Under the pieces are notes generated by a model that made no database searches, was not told where the DNA came from, and saw only the letters and a program-made list of their open reading frames with translations. 64,000 nt of DNA from a virus (taxonomy: Duplodnaviria; Caudoviricetes), in IMG/VR virus record IMGVR_UViG_3300032265_002598, positions 128,001 through 192,000 of that record; one strand, written 5' to 3'. Positions 30,287 to 39,993 of the stretch are shown in pieces; position 1 is the stretch's first letter, and every line of letters begins with the position of its first letter. A program made the position numbers and the translations under genes.

Positions 30287-32320
30287 CTATACGTTTGCGG
30301 ACTCAAGAATTACAGAAGGATATCCTCCATCTGTTCCTATACTAGCTATTCTATAAGTACCTGAAATATCAGCAATTCCAATACCTACCGAAGAAGTAAT
30401 TATAACTACTAATTCTCCTACAATAAAAGTTCCAGTAACTGTGCTACCAACTCCGGCATTAACTCTACCATTTTTTACTCCTAAACTAGATGTATATAAC
30501 GCTGTTTGAATAGCCCCAGAGGTTTGACCAGTCATACTAGACGAATTAGCAGGATATGATTGGCTCCAATTACTAAAATCACTAGGAGATACTTTAACAG
30601 TTGGGTTGGTTTTAAAGAATCTTTTTCCTATGGTAACTGTTGCTGGGGCATAGATATTTGGAGTTGTGTAGTATCTATATACTGGGGTGCTTTGACAATA
30701 GCTATCTCCAAATTGATTATATACTGTACATATATTTGCATATCCTATCCTTTTTCTATATTTTCTTACATATGCAAAATTAGAAACATTAAATTGTGGA
30801 GATGTTGCATTATTACTATTGATCATATCTCCTCTGTCAATTGTCAATGTCTGAGCAAATTCTGTTTCCATTGGATCTATATTATTAAGATTATATCTAT
30901 CAGAACCATCAGATGTTGATCTATATTTTTCATAGATAAAATTTGAACCAAAAGTAAAAGTTCCACCATTTGGGTTTGGAATTCCAGTTCCTAAATTGGT
31001 AAAAGTTATAGGGTATTGAGCAAATACTGAGGATGTTCCTCCACTACAAGAAATAGAAAAATCAAATGAACCTGATACTATACTTAATTCTAATGCTTCC
31101 CAACCAGATAAATCTGAAACAAAAGTATCTCGATACCATATCACGGGGGCTATCATAATACAACCACCACCCAATTCATCACGACATGTATCTACTCCAG
31201 TTGCATATGGATCTCCAGATATTGGAAGAAAATCTACTACAGACGGATATGGTATAGTAAATGTGATACTATTTTCTGGTAATAAAAATTTAAAAGAAGA
31301 AATCAGATCAATATTTTCATTAGTTTTGGAAGTATATAATGAACGATAATCTATTAAAAGATCTGGGTCTGTAAATGCAACTGTTGTATTAAATGTCTTA
31401 TGATTATTATTAGAAAATGTTACAAGACCGGTGGCTTTAGAAGCTCTATCAACTGTGAAAATAGTATATTTATGAGGAAACGAACTACTTATAGTATATG
31501 CAATATTATTACCATCAACCATATTCAATCCAGTAGTAGAAATAATACCAGACCAATATTTACCTTCTGTACCTCCATAAAGACCTCCTGCTGGAGAGGC
31601 GGTTTTATATTGAATTTCTATCAAATTTCCTGCTCTAGCATTTAACCCAGTATTATATATCACTCCGCTGTAAGGCCAAGTAGTTTCAAAGTCTCGTACT
31701 ATCAAATTCTCTGTACGAGTATTTAATCCTGTGGTAGAAACAATACCACTAACATATTTACCCCCAACTCTACCATATTTATTAGCAGCAGGCGTTCCTG
31801 CATAAAATTGAACTTCCATGTTGTTTCCAACAATAGCATTTAATCCAGTATTATAAATTACTCCACTATATGGCCATGTCGTCTCAAAATCTCGTACTAT
31901 TAGATTTTCTGTTCTACTATTAAGTCCTGTTGTAGAAATAATTCCACTAAAATATTTGCCTCCAACACCACCATATTTATTAGCTGCTGGAGTAGACGAA
32001 GCAAACTGTATTTCCATATTATTACCAACTCTGGCATTTAATCCAGTAGTTGCAATACTTTGATAATATGGATAAGAAATAGAATAATTAATATCTATTA
32101 AATTATCTTCTTGTGCAGTGGAGAACACTGTAGGATTGAAATCTTTATTGCTAAATCCTACTCCAGAAACACCACTCAGTACAACTAAATATCTTCTTAA
32201 ATTTTGTATTGATGATTCTCTAGACTCTGGCAAAGAATTAGTTTTATTATATCCAGTTATAACATAAACTAAATCATCTTCTACAATAGGAAATGGGGGA
32301 GGAAGATTTGGATCAAACAT
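30287..32320 (-). CDS. 677-aa probable virion protein with internal 66-aa repeats
   Basis: S/T/G-rich; repeat visible in protein and DNA. Confidence 0.75.
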   Translation of the reverse strand: MFDPNLPPPFPIVEDDLVYVITGYNKTNSLPESRESSIQNLRRYLVVLSGVSGVGFSNKDFNPTVFSTAQEDNLIDINYSISYPYYQSIATTGLNARVGNNMEIQFASSTPAANKYGGVGGKYFSGIISTTGLNSRTENLIVRDFETTWPYSGVIYNTGLNAIVGNNMEVQFYAGTPAANKYGRVGGKYVSGIVSTTGLNTRTENLIVRDFETTWPYSGVIYNTGLNARAGNLIEIQYKTASPAGGLYGGTEGKYWSGIISTTGLNMVDGNNIAYTISSSFPHKYTIFTVDRASKATGLVTFSNNNHKTFNTTVAFTDPDLLIDYRSLYTSKTNENIDLISSFKFLLPENSITFTIPYPSVVDFLPISGDPYATGVDTCRDELGGGCIMIAPVIWYRDTFVSDLSGWEALELSIVSGSFDFSISCSGGTSSVFAQYPITFTNLGTGIPNPNGGTFTFGSNFIYEKYRSTSDGSDRYNLNNIDPMETEFAQTLTIDRGDMINSNNATSPQFNVSNFAYVRKYRKRIGYANICTVYNQFGDSYCQSTPVYRYYTTPNIYAPATVTIGKRFFKTNPTVKVSPSDFSNWSQSYPANSSSMTGQTSGAIQTALYTSSLGVKNGRVNAGVGSTVTGTFIVGELVVIITSSVGIGIADISGTYRIASIGTDGGYPSVILESANV
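31520..32060 (-). repeat. about 2.7 copies of a 198-nt (66-aa) tandem repeat
   Basis: GGCCA anchor of the TTWP codons at 31674 and 31872 (198 nt apart); boundaries approximate. Confidence 0.85.
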
Positions 32321-32341
32321 ATGATTTCAAACTCCCCATAT

Positions 32342-32689
32342 TTATTTTTTAATAGGACATTTGCCATCGGGACAATTGATTGGTGCTGAATATGCTTTTG
32401 AAGAGGGGGCTTGTGGGTTAAACGACTTAATTGGACCTATAGAGATAGACCCTTTATCTGCTTCACAGTATGTACAATCAATTTTAAGAATGCCATCTCC
32501 ACTCATATACCAGCCTTTACCCTTGCAAACTGGACAATCTTTTCTTTTATACTTTTGTGTGACTTCCTGTACATGCTTGGCTTTAATAATGCCTCCAGCA
32601 AGAGTTACTGGGGCTGTTGTTGAGCCATAGTAGTGAGATTGGGTAAACAATAAACTAACGCAAAATAAACCAACAAATAATTTATTCAT
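32342..32689 (-). CDS. signal-peptide protein with DnaJ-type Zn finger
   Basis: Hydrophobic N-terminus; CPVCKGKG...CTYC; C-terminal CPDGKCP. Confidence 0.7.
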   Translation of the reverse strand: MNKLFVGLFCVSLLFTQSHYYGSTTAPVTLAGGIIKAKHVQEVTQKYKRKDCPVCKGKGWYMSGDGILKIDCTYCEADKGSISIGPIKSFNPQAPSSKAYSAPINCPDGKCPIKK

Positions 32690-32907
32690 TTCTTATCTCT
32701 CCATGGAAGAGGTATAATATTATCAATAGTATCTACAACTCTTTTTAAGGGTCGTGGTCTATTGGGTTTAACTGGAGAGTCTGGATTAACTTTGGGTTTT
32801 GGTCCAAACTTTTCTTGAGCTTTGGTAAATAAATTCACCAGAGTTTCAATAACGCCAATGATCATGTTAATAACAGCGCGAAGTTCTAATCTTTCTCTTA
32901 GGTTCAT
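32686..32907 (-). CDS. hypothetical small protein
   Basis: 73-aa, overlaps next ORF by 4 nt. Confidence 0.7.
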   Translation of the reverse strand: MNLRERLELRAVINMIIGVIETLVNLFTKAQEKFGPKPKVNPDSPVKPNRPRPLKRVVDTIDNIIPLPWRDKK

Positions 32908-32986
32908 AAAATATTCCTAGAAATTTAGATATATAAATTATATACACCTAATAGAGATGATGGTTTAAAATAGCTAATTGCGAATT

Positions 32987-33940
32987 TTAGAGATAGTCTT
33001 CAAATCCATAGCTTGGTAGCTTTTGGAGAGGAAAACCGTCAAAACTGCTAAATGTATATGATCCATTCATGGCGAGCATACCAGCAGCCACATCAGCATG
33101 AATTAAAAATGAACCATCTGGAATTGGACCCCATTCGGGATGTCCTCCGTCGTTCCACTTACCCCAGCTATTTTGGACTAAAAAGGCTGGCTCACTGCCA
33201 GTATCATCACACGCTATCCAAGCCATACAATGTCCCCAACTACCAGATTGTTTAGCAAATCCCTTTTTATCTCTTGTATTACTAAAACCATAATTAGAAC
33301 ATACTGCTACTCCATAACCATTAGATAGAGCATCACGAGCCTCTTCTACTGTTCTGATTAATGAAGCAGTCTTAATCTGATGATCATTAGCTAAATCTAA
33401 TACTTTATCTGGAAGTCCTCTACCTCCCCAGCCAGCACCTAGATTACCATTATATTTACTGAAGTCAGCAATGCCTGGATAATTCTTTCTAAGAACTATT
33501 CCACCAATTTTACTAACAAACTCAGCAGCCCTAGCGCAACTCATGCCTTCACCAGAGAATCCTCTAGCACCATAAATAGCTTCTGTGGCTCCCTTGGTTA
33601 CCCAATCTTCTCTTTCATTATTTACATCTATTTCAACTGCTCGGGTAACATCACAAGCATTTCGTGTTCCATGACTAACACAATCTCCGACAGTTTGTCG
33701 TTCATTATAAGGATTCTTCTCAAATCTCAACACACTCTTGTATGGTGTTGAAAGTTTTCCTTTACCAGAATTCTTAATTTTTTTACTAGCATCACCAAAC
33801 AATGGATATTTTGCATTCTCCATAAAATGGTCGTATACGTGTTGCTCCCATATGCAACCACTAAATCCTTGACGATAGTTATCGTAAAGTTCTTTTGGAG
33901 AATAACGTGGCATTATTTTGACCCTTCGTTGCAAGCCCAA
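32987..33940 (-). CDS. papain-like cysteine peptidase (C1)
   Basis: QTVGDCVSH (Gln/Cys), WGHCM (His), VQNSWG (Asn). Confidence 0.88.
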   Translation of the reverse strand: MGLQRRVKIMPRYSPKELYDNYRQGFSGCIWEQHVYDHFMENAKYPLFGDASKKIKNSGKGKLSTPYKSVLRFEKNPYNERQTVGDCVSHGTRNACDVTRAVEIDVNNEREDWVTKGATEAIYGARGFSGEGMSCARAAEFVSKIGGIVLRKNYPGIADFSKYNGNLGAGWGGRGLPDKVLDLANDHQIKTASLIRTVEEARDALSNGYGVAVCSNYGFSNTRDKKGFAKQSGSWGHCMAWIACDDTGSEPAFLVQNSWGKWNDGGHPEWGPIPDGSFLIHADVAAGMLAMNGSYTFSSFDGFPLQKLPSYGFEDYL

Positions 33941-34404
33941 GCTAAAGCATTAAGACCTTCTACAGCTTTAACTCTTAGCTCTTTGGATAAAAGAATTTGA
34001 TCATCACCAATAGAAGCAACTACTACTTCTTTTGCTTCTTTAGCTAGATTTGGATATTTACCTTTCATATCCAATCTGAGCATAATACCAGCTAGACTAT
34101 TAGCTTGACGAATTTCTTCAGTACTTTTAATTACTTCGTCTTCACCGTCAAGTTCAACTAGCTTTGCTAAATCAATATATAAATCTCTTAGCTTCCTAGC
34201 TTCTGACTTGATACCAGCTTCTTTTAGAACTATTACAACATCATCAGTTTCTTTTTTTACAGCTTCATCTGTTGGTACTGATAATTCAAGAACATCTACT
34301 ACAGCTGGTCTAGGCTTAAACATATCAGAAAACTCTGGCTTAAGTAGACCTACTAAAATGAGTAAACCACCTAGTACTAATAATACTTTTTTATCCATGC
34401 TCAT
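33913..34404 (-). CDS. membrane-anchored hypothetical protein
   Basis: N-terminal VLLVLGGLLILVGLL. Confidence 0.75.
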   Translation of the reverse strand: MSMDKKVLLVLGGLLILVGLLKPEFSDMFKPRPAVVDVLELSVPTDEAVKKETDDVVIVLKEAGIKSEARKLRDLYIDLAKLVELDGEDEVIKSTEEIRQANSLAGIMLRLDMKGKYPNLAKEAKEVVVASIGDDQILLSKELRVKAVEGLNALAWACNEGSK

Positions 34405-34790
34405 GATACTTTATCCTCTTTTTTGCAAACATTGGGACTTAGGAAAGGAAACATTTGGTCAGCAACCTTAACTGCTTCGCCGCAACCGCTTTGAACAGCC
34501 AAATCTCTGGTTTGCTTCCATGATACAACTAGCTTAAAAAAAGTATCATCTGGTTGATTAGCTACTAACTTTGGAACAACAACAGCATCAACTGATGGTA
34601 CAACAATTGGTACAACAGAAGAAGGGGTGGAGCCTTTCATTTTAGCTAATAGACCACCCAAGAATGTTTGTATGGGACTCAACTTATCCTTAAATAAAAC
34701 CCATAGTACAAGACCAGCACCAGCATAAAGAGCCAAATCCATTGTGCTCAAACGACTACTAAACTCTTGGAAACTTTCTGTGAAATTCAT
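34401..34790 (-). CDS. membrane-anchored hypothetical protein
   Basis: LALYAGAGLVLWVLF segment. Confidence 0.75.
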   Translation of the reverse strand: MNFTESFQEFSSRLSTMDLALYAGAGLVLWVLFKDKLSPIQTFLGGLLAKMKGSTPSSVVPIVVPSVDAVVVPKLVANQPDDTFFKLVVSWKQTRDLAVQSGCGEAVKVADQMFPFLSPNVCKKEDKVS

Positions 34791-34805
34791 TGGAATCTCT
34801 CTTTC

Positions 34806-35234
34806 TCATTTATCTGAAACTTTAGGGGTATTATCGACTGTATTATCAACTGTTGGACTACTGAAAACACCAGTATTTTTAAAGGTAGTAACCATAGCAT
34901 CTATAGAAGCGCCAACCAAAATCATTAACAGCTGTTTAACGTACCTTTGTATAATAGGTTGTAGCAAGTGTGGTAGAAAGGGAAATTCAACTACTAAAAA
35001 AACCTGATCATAAAAACTAGAAACAGCATTCATAGCTATCTCTTTTTTATCAGATCCTTTTAATTCTGGATGACTTACTTGAATTTGTTGAATTATATCT
35101 GCTAAAGCTAACTGTAATAAATTCCATGCTTGAGGAATAGCTACTGATTCTGTTTGTTTTAAAACAGACTTAGCGGCTTCTATTAGATTATTGATCTTTA
35201 ATAATGCTACTTGATTCGTTACTAGATTTGACAT
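34806..35234 (-). CDS. hypothetical protein
   Basis: 142-aa helical/amphipathic ORF. Confidence 0.7.
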   Translation of the reverse strand: MSNLVTNQVALLKINNLIEAAKSVLKQTESVAIPQAWNLLQLALADIIQQIQVSHPELKGSDKKEIAMNAVSSFYDQVFLVVEFPFLPHLLQPIIQRYVKQLLMILVGASIDAMVTTFKNTGVFSSPTVDNTVDNTPKVSDK

Positions 35235-35541
35235 TGGTTTTTCCTGTTTTTTTGGGTTTTTTCTTTTTTCTGTAATTACTTCTATTTGCTATTTTTCTTT
35301 CTTCTGGATTAGCTGTGTTCCACCAAGTTTTTTTCAATTCTGCTCTACTTGATACATACTTAAATAGAACTGTTAATTGTCCTATAATAAGTATTGTAGC
35401 TTCTAGACCTCTACTTGTTTCTTGAATCAAATCTTCTTTCTGACTATTCTCTCCAATGATTCCCATTAAATATAGTCCACTAAAAACAAAGCTGACCATA
35501 GTGAACCAAAATTCGCTAGTTCTATAGCCGGGTTTGACCAT
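35188..35541 (-). CDS. two-TM membrane protein, holin-like
   Basis: KPGYRTSEFW N-terminus, two hydrophobic segments, very basic C-terminus. Confidence 0.6.
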   Translation of the reverse strand: MVKPGYRTSEFWFTMVSFVFSGLYLMGIIGENSQKEDLIQETSRGLEATILIIGQLTVLFKYVSSRAELKKTWWNTANPEERKIANRSNYRKKKKPKKTGKTNVKSSNESSSIIKDQ

Positions 35542-35577
35542 GAATGTTAAACTCCCATTTTAAATTACCAAAAAATA

Positions 35578-35787
35578 TCATGTGCCGCTAGGTAATACTT
35601 TAACAAATATACCATTATAGAACTTATTGCCATATTTATTGTAGATGGTACTGATTGCTGGTGTGTTCTTGACGTAATTATTATTTGTTGAATATTTACC
35701 AGTAAATGTTGTTGATACGACTGCTGTGCCATTTTTAACCACATTACCACTGATTGCAGCTTGAACGTCTGTGTATGGTCTAGCCAT
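35578..35787 (-). CDS. hypothetical protein
   Basis: 69-aa ORF with RBS GGAG. Confidence 0.7.
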   Translation of the reverse strand: MARPYTDVQAAISGNVVKNGTAVVSTTFTGKYSTNNNYVKNTPAISTIYNKYGNKFYNGIFVKVLPSGT

Positions 35788-35826
35788 TGTTTGATTCTCC
35801 AGAATAAGGGGTTGTAATTATATACA

Positions 35827-36144
35827 CTATTTTTCGATGCGGTCTTCTAGAGCCTCTAGAGTTTTACCAAGTGTTGCTATTTGAATTTTTAATTCTGTCA
35901 TAACTTCAGTGTTTCTTTGTAAAGCATTAGCGAAAGCTGCTTGAGTTTCTTTATTAGTATTTAATCTTTCCATAATAAATTGACGATCATGTACATATGG
36001 AGATTGTGTTTCAATCATTACTAATACTTCTGATTTAGTAGTCATATTTCTTCCTATAGCTACCCAAAATCCTACCATTGTGACAATAATGCCAATAGCT
36101 GTTGTAGCAATATTTTCCCAAAAATGAATAATTGTTTCGCTCAT
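35827..36144 (-). CDS. TM + coiled-coil protein
   Basis: IATTAIGIIVTMVGFWVAIG then heptad-rich C-terminus. Confidence 0.75.
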   Translation of the reverse strand: MSETIIHFWENIATTAIGIIVTMVGFWVAIGRNMTTKSEVLVMIETQSPYVHDRQFIMERLNTNKETQAAFANALQRNTEVMTELKIQIATLGKTLEALEDRIEK

Positions 36145-36165
36145 CGGATTTACTTTCTAAATAAT

Positions 36166-36207
36166 AACTAAAAGCCAACGACACTCAAGGCATCGCTGGC
36201 TTTAGTT
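36166..36207 (-). terminator. Rho-independent terminator
   Basis: AAAGCCAGCGAT...GTCGTTGGCTTTT stem after the 36233..36787 gene. Confidence 0.7.
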
Positions 36208-36232
36208 GTATAGTAAAATTGATTAGTTATAC

Positions 36233-36787
36233 TCAGCCAGTCTTAGCCTTGTAATCATTATTAATAACTGGTACTACACCGCCAAGCTTGTAAGTAAGTT
36301 GACCAGGAGCAGAACGAGTTGGATTTGCAGCACTATCTGTTGCTAATGTATCAACAGCTACAACAGGATAGCCAGCATCAAATGTGCCTGTGTAACGATT
36401 GTATTTATTAGCTCTAATAGCTGTTGTAAATCTACGAGTTCTAAGAACTTCAAGCTTATTTATACTACGAGTAATACCTGGAACATTAGCACCACTAAGC
36501 AATGAAGTATTAGCAACACCAGCCAAATCTGATGTGGCTCTCATGGCAACACCATTTTTATCATTAAAAGCAAAAGTGCCAGCACTTAGAGCTTTATCAG
36601 CCCAACTATTATCAAGAACTGTTGAAGCAAATACTGTTGTGTTATATCTACTAACGCCTACGTTTGTGAGCTTACCAGAAGTAACTGAGCCACCACGAGC
36701 TACTGTGCCTCTGTTATTAACTGAGCCACTGGACTTTACGTTTGGGGGTACTGTATAATCAGAACCAGATGTTTTTGCTATAGCCAT
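36233..36787 (-). CDS. hypothetical protein, probable virion component
   Basis: 184-aa S/T/G/A-rich, strong RBS, followed by terminator. Confidence 0.75.
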   Translation of the reverse strand: MAIAKTSGSDYTVPPNVKSSGSVNNRGTVARGGSVTSGKLTNVGVSRYNTTVFASTVLDNSWADKALSAGTFAFNDKNGVAMRATSDLAGVANTSLLSGANVPGITRSINKLEVLRTRRFTTAIRANKYNRYTGTFDAGYPVVAVDTLATDSAANPTRSAPGQLTYKLGGVVPVINNDYKAKTG

Positions 36788-36837
36788 TTTATTCTCCCAT
36801 GGTTGACGGAAATGCTAATTATACTATACCCTAAACC

Positions 36838-37494
36838 CTAAGAACTTTGGTTATTTTTGGATAATAATTCTAACCCATTAATAGAATTGACCTTAATACC
36901 ATATAATTTAGTTCGATTGATATTATTAATTTGGCTAATATTCCAAACATTACCATTACAAATAATATTAATGGGTACTTTTTTATTGATTAGAGCTGCT
37001 GCTAAGATATTATCATTGATATCATCAAGAAGATATCCAGAAGATGGATATATAGTATTGATACCAAAATCCATTAAAATTTGAGAAACTTTATATAGAA
37101 GCTCATAAGAGAAAACTCTATATTCTAAAGTATATCTTAATTCAACAGATGATTTATTACAAAGTTCTAAATTGGTTTTGATATCTTCCCTAAACTTGTC
37201 ATATTTTCTGTTACAGAAATGTGAGGGTTGGGCGACTATATTGACTATGTGAGTTCCAGCTTTGATAGCTGCTTCTATTGCAATTCCTCTACTTTTTGTA
37301 TCTAAAATACCAAGAGGATAATCGATAGGAGTAGAAATTAAAGTATCTGTTTGAGCAATAATATTCTTTGCTATCTTGATATGATTGAGAAATACTGAAA
37401 TTGTAGATGGACTATAGTGAATAGCTGATTGAAGACTTTTTTTTAATTCTTCATCAGATAAAGAAATATCATAATTAGAATATTCTATGATCAT
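36838..37494 (-). CDS. deoC: deoxyribose-phosphate aldolase-like protein, probably catalytically altered
   Basis: PIDYPLG, AIKAG..IVNIV, TIYPSSG replacing the usual FVKTSTG. Confidence 0.72.
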   Translation of the reverse strand: MIIEYSNYDISLSDEELKKSLQSAIHYSPSTISVFLNHIKIAKNIIAQTDTLISTPIDYPLGILDTKSRGIAIEAAIKAGTHIVNIVAQPSHFCNRKYDKFREDIKTNLELCNKSSVELRYTLEYRVFSYELLYKVSQILMDFGINTIYPSSGYLLDDINDNILAAALINKKVPINIICNGNVWNISQINNINRTKLYGIKVNSINGLELLSKNNQSS

Positions 37495-38171
37495 TTTTTT
37501 GCTTTATATGTTTTAAGTAGTTCAATACTAGGGTATTTCTTACTACCTAATACACCGTCAGCAAACCCATATTCTACAGCTTCATTCGATGTTAAAATCC
37601 AATCACACTTATTTGCTAATTGTGAAGTGATGTGTTTTCTGGCCATCATTTTCTTCCAATTTTTTTGTTTAGCTAGTTCACTTTCCATACATCTATCGGT
37701 AAAAATTTCAATCATCTTATCACATTCTTGTTCATTCCATTTAATAGAACTAGCAGCAGCCTTGGAGTGTTCGCTATCCATACTGAATGATCCATAGTGA
37801 ATAAGCATGGTAGCATTAGGAGTCAGAATCCTTAGTGGTGCAGCTTGAAAAATTACGCTGCTTGATGATTCTACTTTAGCATAAGCCAGAATAATAATTC
37901 TTGATTTTGAAAATCGTATGGTATCATAAATACCTAAACAATCTTGCCACTCTCCACCCGGCAAGTGCATATGAACTAAAATAGGTTCACTAGATAGAGT
38001 GTTTAGATATCTAATATTTTTTTCAAATATGACCGCTGACCTATAATCAACCCCTCCCTCATCTGCACCATCTATGTGGGAGTGTAAGTATACTTCTCTA
38101 TTTTTGATGTCTATATTAAAATTATGAATTTCATTAAGTTCACTATCATTATTTGGTGAATTGACTACCAT
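37491..38171 (-). CDS. clpP: ClpP-like serine protease subunit
   Basis: MHLPGG, ESSSSVIFQA, RILTPNATMLIH, LTSNEAVEYGFAD. Confidence 0.85.
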   Translation of the reverse strand: MVVNSPNNDSELNEIHNFNIDIKNREVYLHSHIDGADEGGVDYRSAVIFEKNIRYLNTLSSEPILVHMHLPGGEWQDCLGIYDTIRFSKSRIIILAYAKVESSSSVIFQAAPLRILTPNATMLIHYGSFSMDSEHSKAAASSIKWNEQECDKMIEIFTDRCMESELAKQKNWKKMMARKHITSQLANKCDWILTSNEAVEYGFADGVLGSKKYPSIELLKTYKAKK

Positions 38172-38172
38172 A

Positions 38173-38601
38173 TTAATTACCTAGGTATTCATATATCTGA
38201 TCATTAATTTCTTTCATTACTCTAGCATCATCAAAAACTTTTCCTATAGATATTCTAAATCGATATCTAGTAAAAATATCAAGAGTTTCTACTCCATCTA
38301 TTTGATCTATAATATTTACTATCTGATTATTAATATTAAAGTTTGTATGACCAACCCAAAAATTAAAGATTTTACCAGACGCAGTATTTTCTGTATAAGG
38401 AATTAATCCCATTGGAGTAGCAATTGCTCTTAATGGTTGTTTGACATTTTGCATTTCATCAACATATTCACCATCAAGATCTTCTTCCTTATCATAATGG
38501 TCATCGTCCAACTTGTCATGCTCTATAGCATCATCCTCACCAAATGGATCGAACCATTTTTGCCATACTATTAAATTAGCTGTCCCATAAATATTTCTCA
38601 T
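38173..38601 (-). CDS. hypothetical protein
   Basis: 142-aa ORF in operon. Confidence 0.75.
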   Translation of the reverse strand: MRNIYGTANLIVWQKWFDPFGEDDAIEHDKLDDDHYDKEEDLDGEYVDEMQNVKQPLRAIATPMGLIPYTENTASGKIFNFWVGHTNFNINNQIVNIIDQIDGVETLDIFTRYRFRISIGKVFDDARVMKEINDQIYEYLGN

Positions 38602-38617
38602 TAATTATATCCATTCC

Positions 38618-39034
38618 TTACTTAGTATAGTTTTTAAATACACTAGAAGGCTTAATTACTGGGCCATAAGAACTATTAAATAGGCCTTTTTTCTTTAGCT
38701 CTATCCATGCCTCTAACACTTTTTCCACAAAAAATGAGTCTGAAACATTATTTTGATCAGCAATAGATGTTAGACTACTAACAATATCTTCTCTAAGAGA
38801 ACCATTTTCTAAAATAAACATTAAAGCTCCATATTGATTAGCTATATTAGTAATCATTATTTCATCAAGTTTATCTAAATCTGGCCAATAACAAACAATA
38901 TTAACCGTATTATCAAAATTTAATTCAAAGTTGACACTGCATAAAAAATCTCTTTTCTCTCCATTAGTTTGAGGGACAATTATTATAGGTTTTGGATAAA
39001 TTTTTTCTAATAAATTTTTCCACCACTTAAACAT
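38618..39034 (-). CDS. hypothetical protein
   Basis: 138-aa ORF in operon. Confidence 0.72.
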   Translation of the reverse strand: MFKWWKNLLEKIYPKPIIIVPQTNGEKRDFLCSVNFELNFDNTVNIVCYWPDLDKLDEIMITNIANQYGALMFILENGSLREDIVSSLTSIADQNNVSDSFFVEKVLEAWIELKKKGLFNSSYGPVIKPSSVFKNYTK

Positions 39035-39374
39035 ATAATAAACACTTTCTAGATATAGGATCTATAAGAGCTAGATTTAAATTGACATAATAACCAGAGT
39101 TAAGTTCTGTCTCAGGAGGAATCGAACAGGCAAAAAAGATATTGATATGATTGTCTTTTTTTAGAACATCAACTAACATAATTTTAACAGAATCGTATTT
39201 TAGAGCTACATACTTTTCAAAAACCCTTGCTGCCGCATAACGAATAGAGTCATCTTCTTGCTCTAGTTCTAATACTAGAGGGACATAAATTTCTGGATGT
39301 GAGGAAACAACACATCTTTCATTTTTATTTAAATCAAAAGATGAAACAAAAATACTTGTTGTTACTTTAAACAT
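39027..39374 (-). CDS. hypothetical protein
   Basis: 115-aa coupled ORF. Confidence 0.72.
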   Translation of the reverse strand: MFKVTTSIFVSSFDLNKNERCVVSSHPEIYVPLVLELEQEDDSIRYAAARVFEKYVALKYDSVKIMLVDVLKKDNHINIFFACSIPPETELNSGYYVNLNLALIDPISRKCLLYV

Positions 39375-39948
39375 AAGCTCTAATCTTTGCTAAACCCTTT
39401 TGGATATTTTGTCGGACTGCTTCTCTAGTTACTCCAAATTCTTTACCTATTTCAGATAAAGTTTTCTCTTCAAAATAATACTGTTTGATTTGATCTTTTT
39501 GTTTATCTGATATGATTCCAGAAGAGAGGATATTTTCAATATTCTTTTTCAGGGATTCTTCGTATTCATTATTTTCAACAACTATGTAGGGATCATATTC
39601 CTCTTTGTCTGGGATATTATCAGCAAAAGAAACATCATTTTCATTAATGTTATTTAGTGAATAATGAGTATTCTGCTTACGATACTTATTTGACAAATAT
39701 GTTTTAATAGCCCAAATACCACATTGATTCCTATAAGAATATTTGGTTTTTGATTTTCCATTAAATCCAGAACGATCCTTGTCCCATCTCCAATCACCTA
39801 TCATAATAGCAGAAGCGATATCAGCAATAGCATCTTCATTCGATAATAGCTCTTGTCTTAATGCTGAATAAAAAGTGGGCGCAAACTTAGATATAATCTT
39901 CTTGGCTAGGGTAATATATGTAGGCAGACTATCAAACTCTTTTTCCAT
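39367..39948 (-). CDS. phage sigma70-family sigma factor
   Basis: Region-4 HTH KTLSEIGKEFGVTREAVRQ; region-2-like KTKYSYRNQCGIWAI. Confidence 0.85.
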   Translation of the reverse strand: MEKEFDSLPTYITLAKKIISKFAPTFYSALRQELLSNEDAIADIASAIMIGDWRWDKDRSGFNGKSKTKYSYRNQCGIWAIKTYLSNKYRKQNTHYSLNNINENDVSFADNIPDKEEYDPYIVVENNEYEESLKKNIENILSSGIISDKQKDQIKQYYFEEKTLSEIGKEFGVTREAVRQNIQKGLAKIRAYV

Positions 39949-39993
39949 TATTTATTTCCTTTAAGTTAGATTCCTAATGTCCGAACTATTTAC

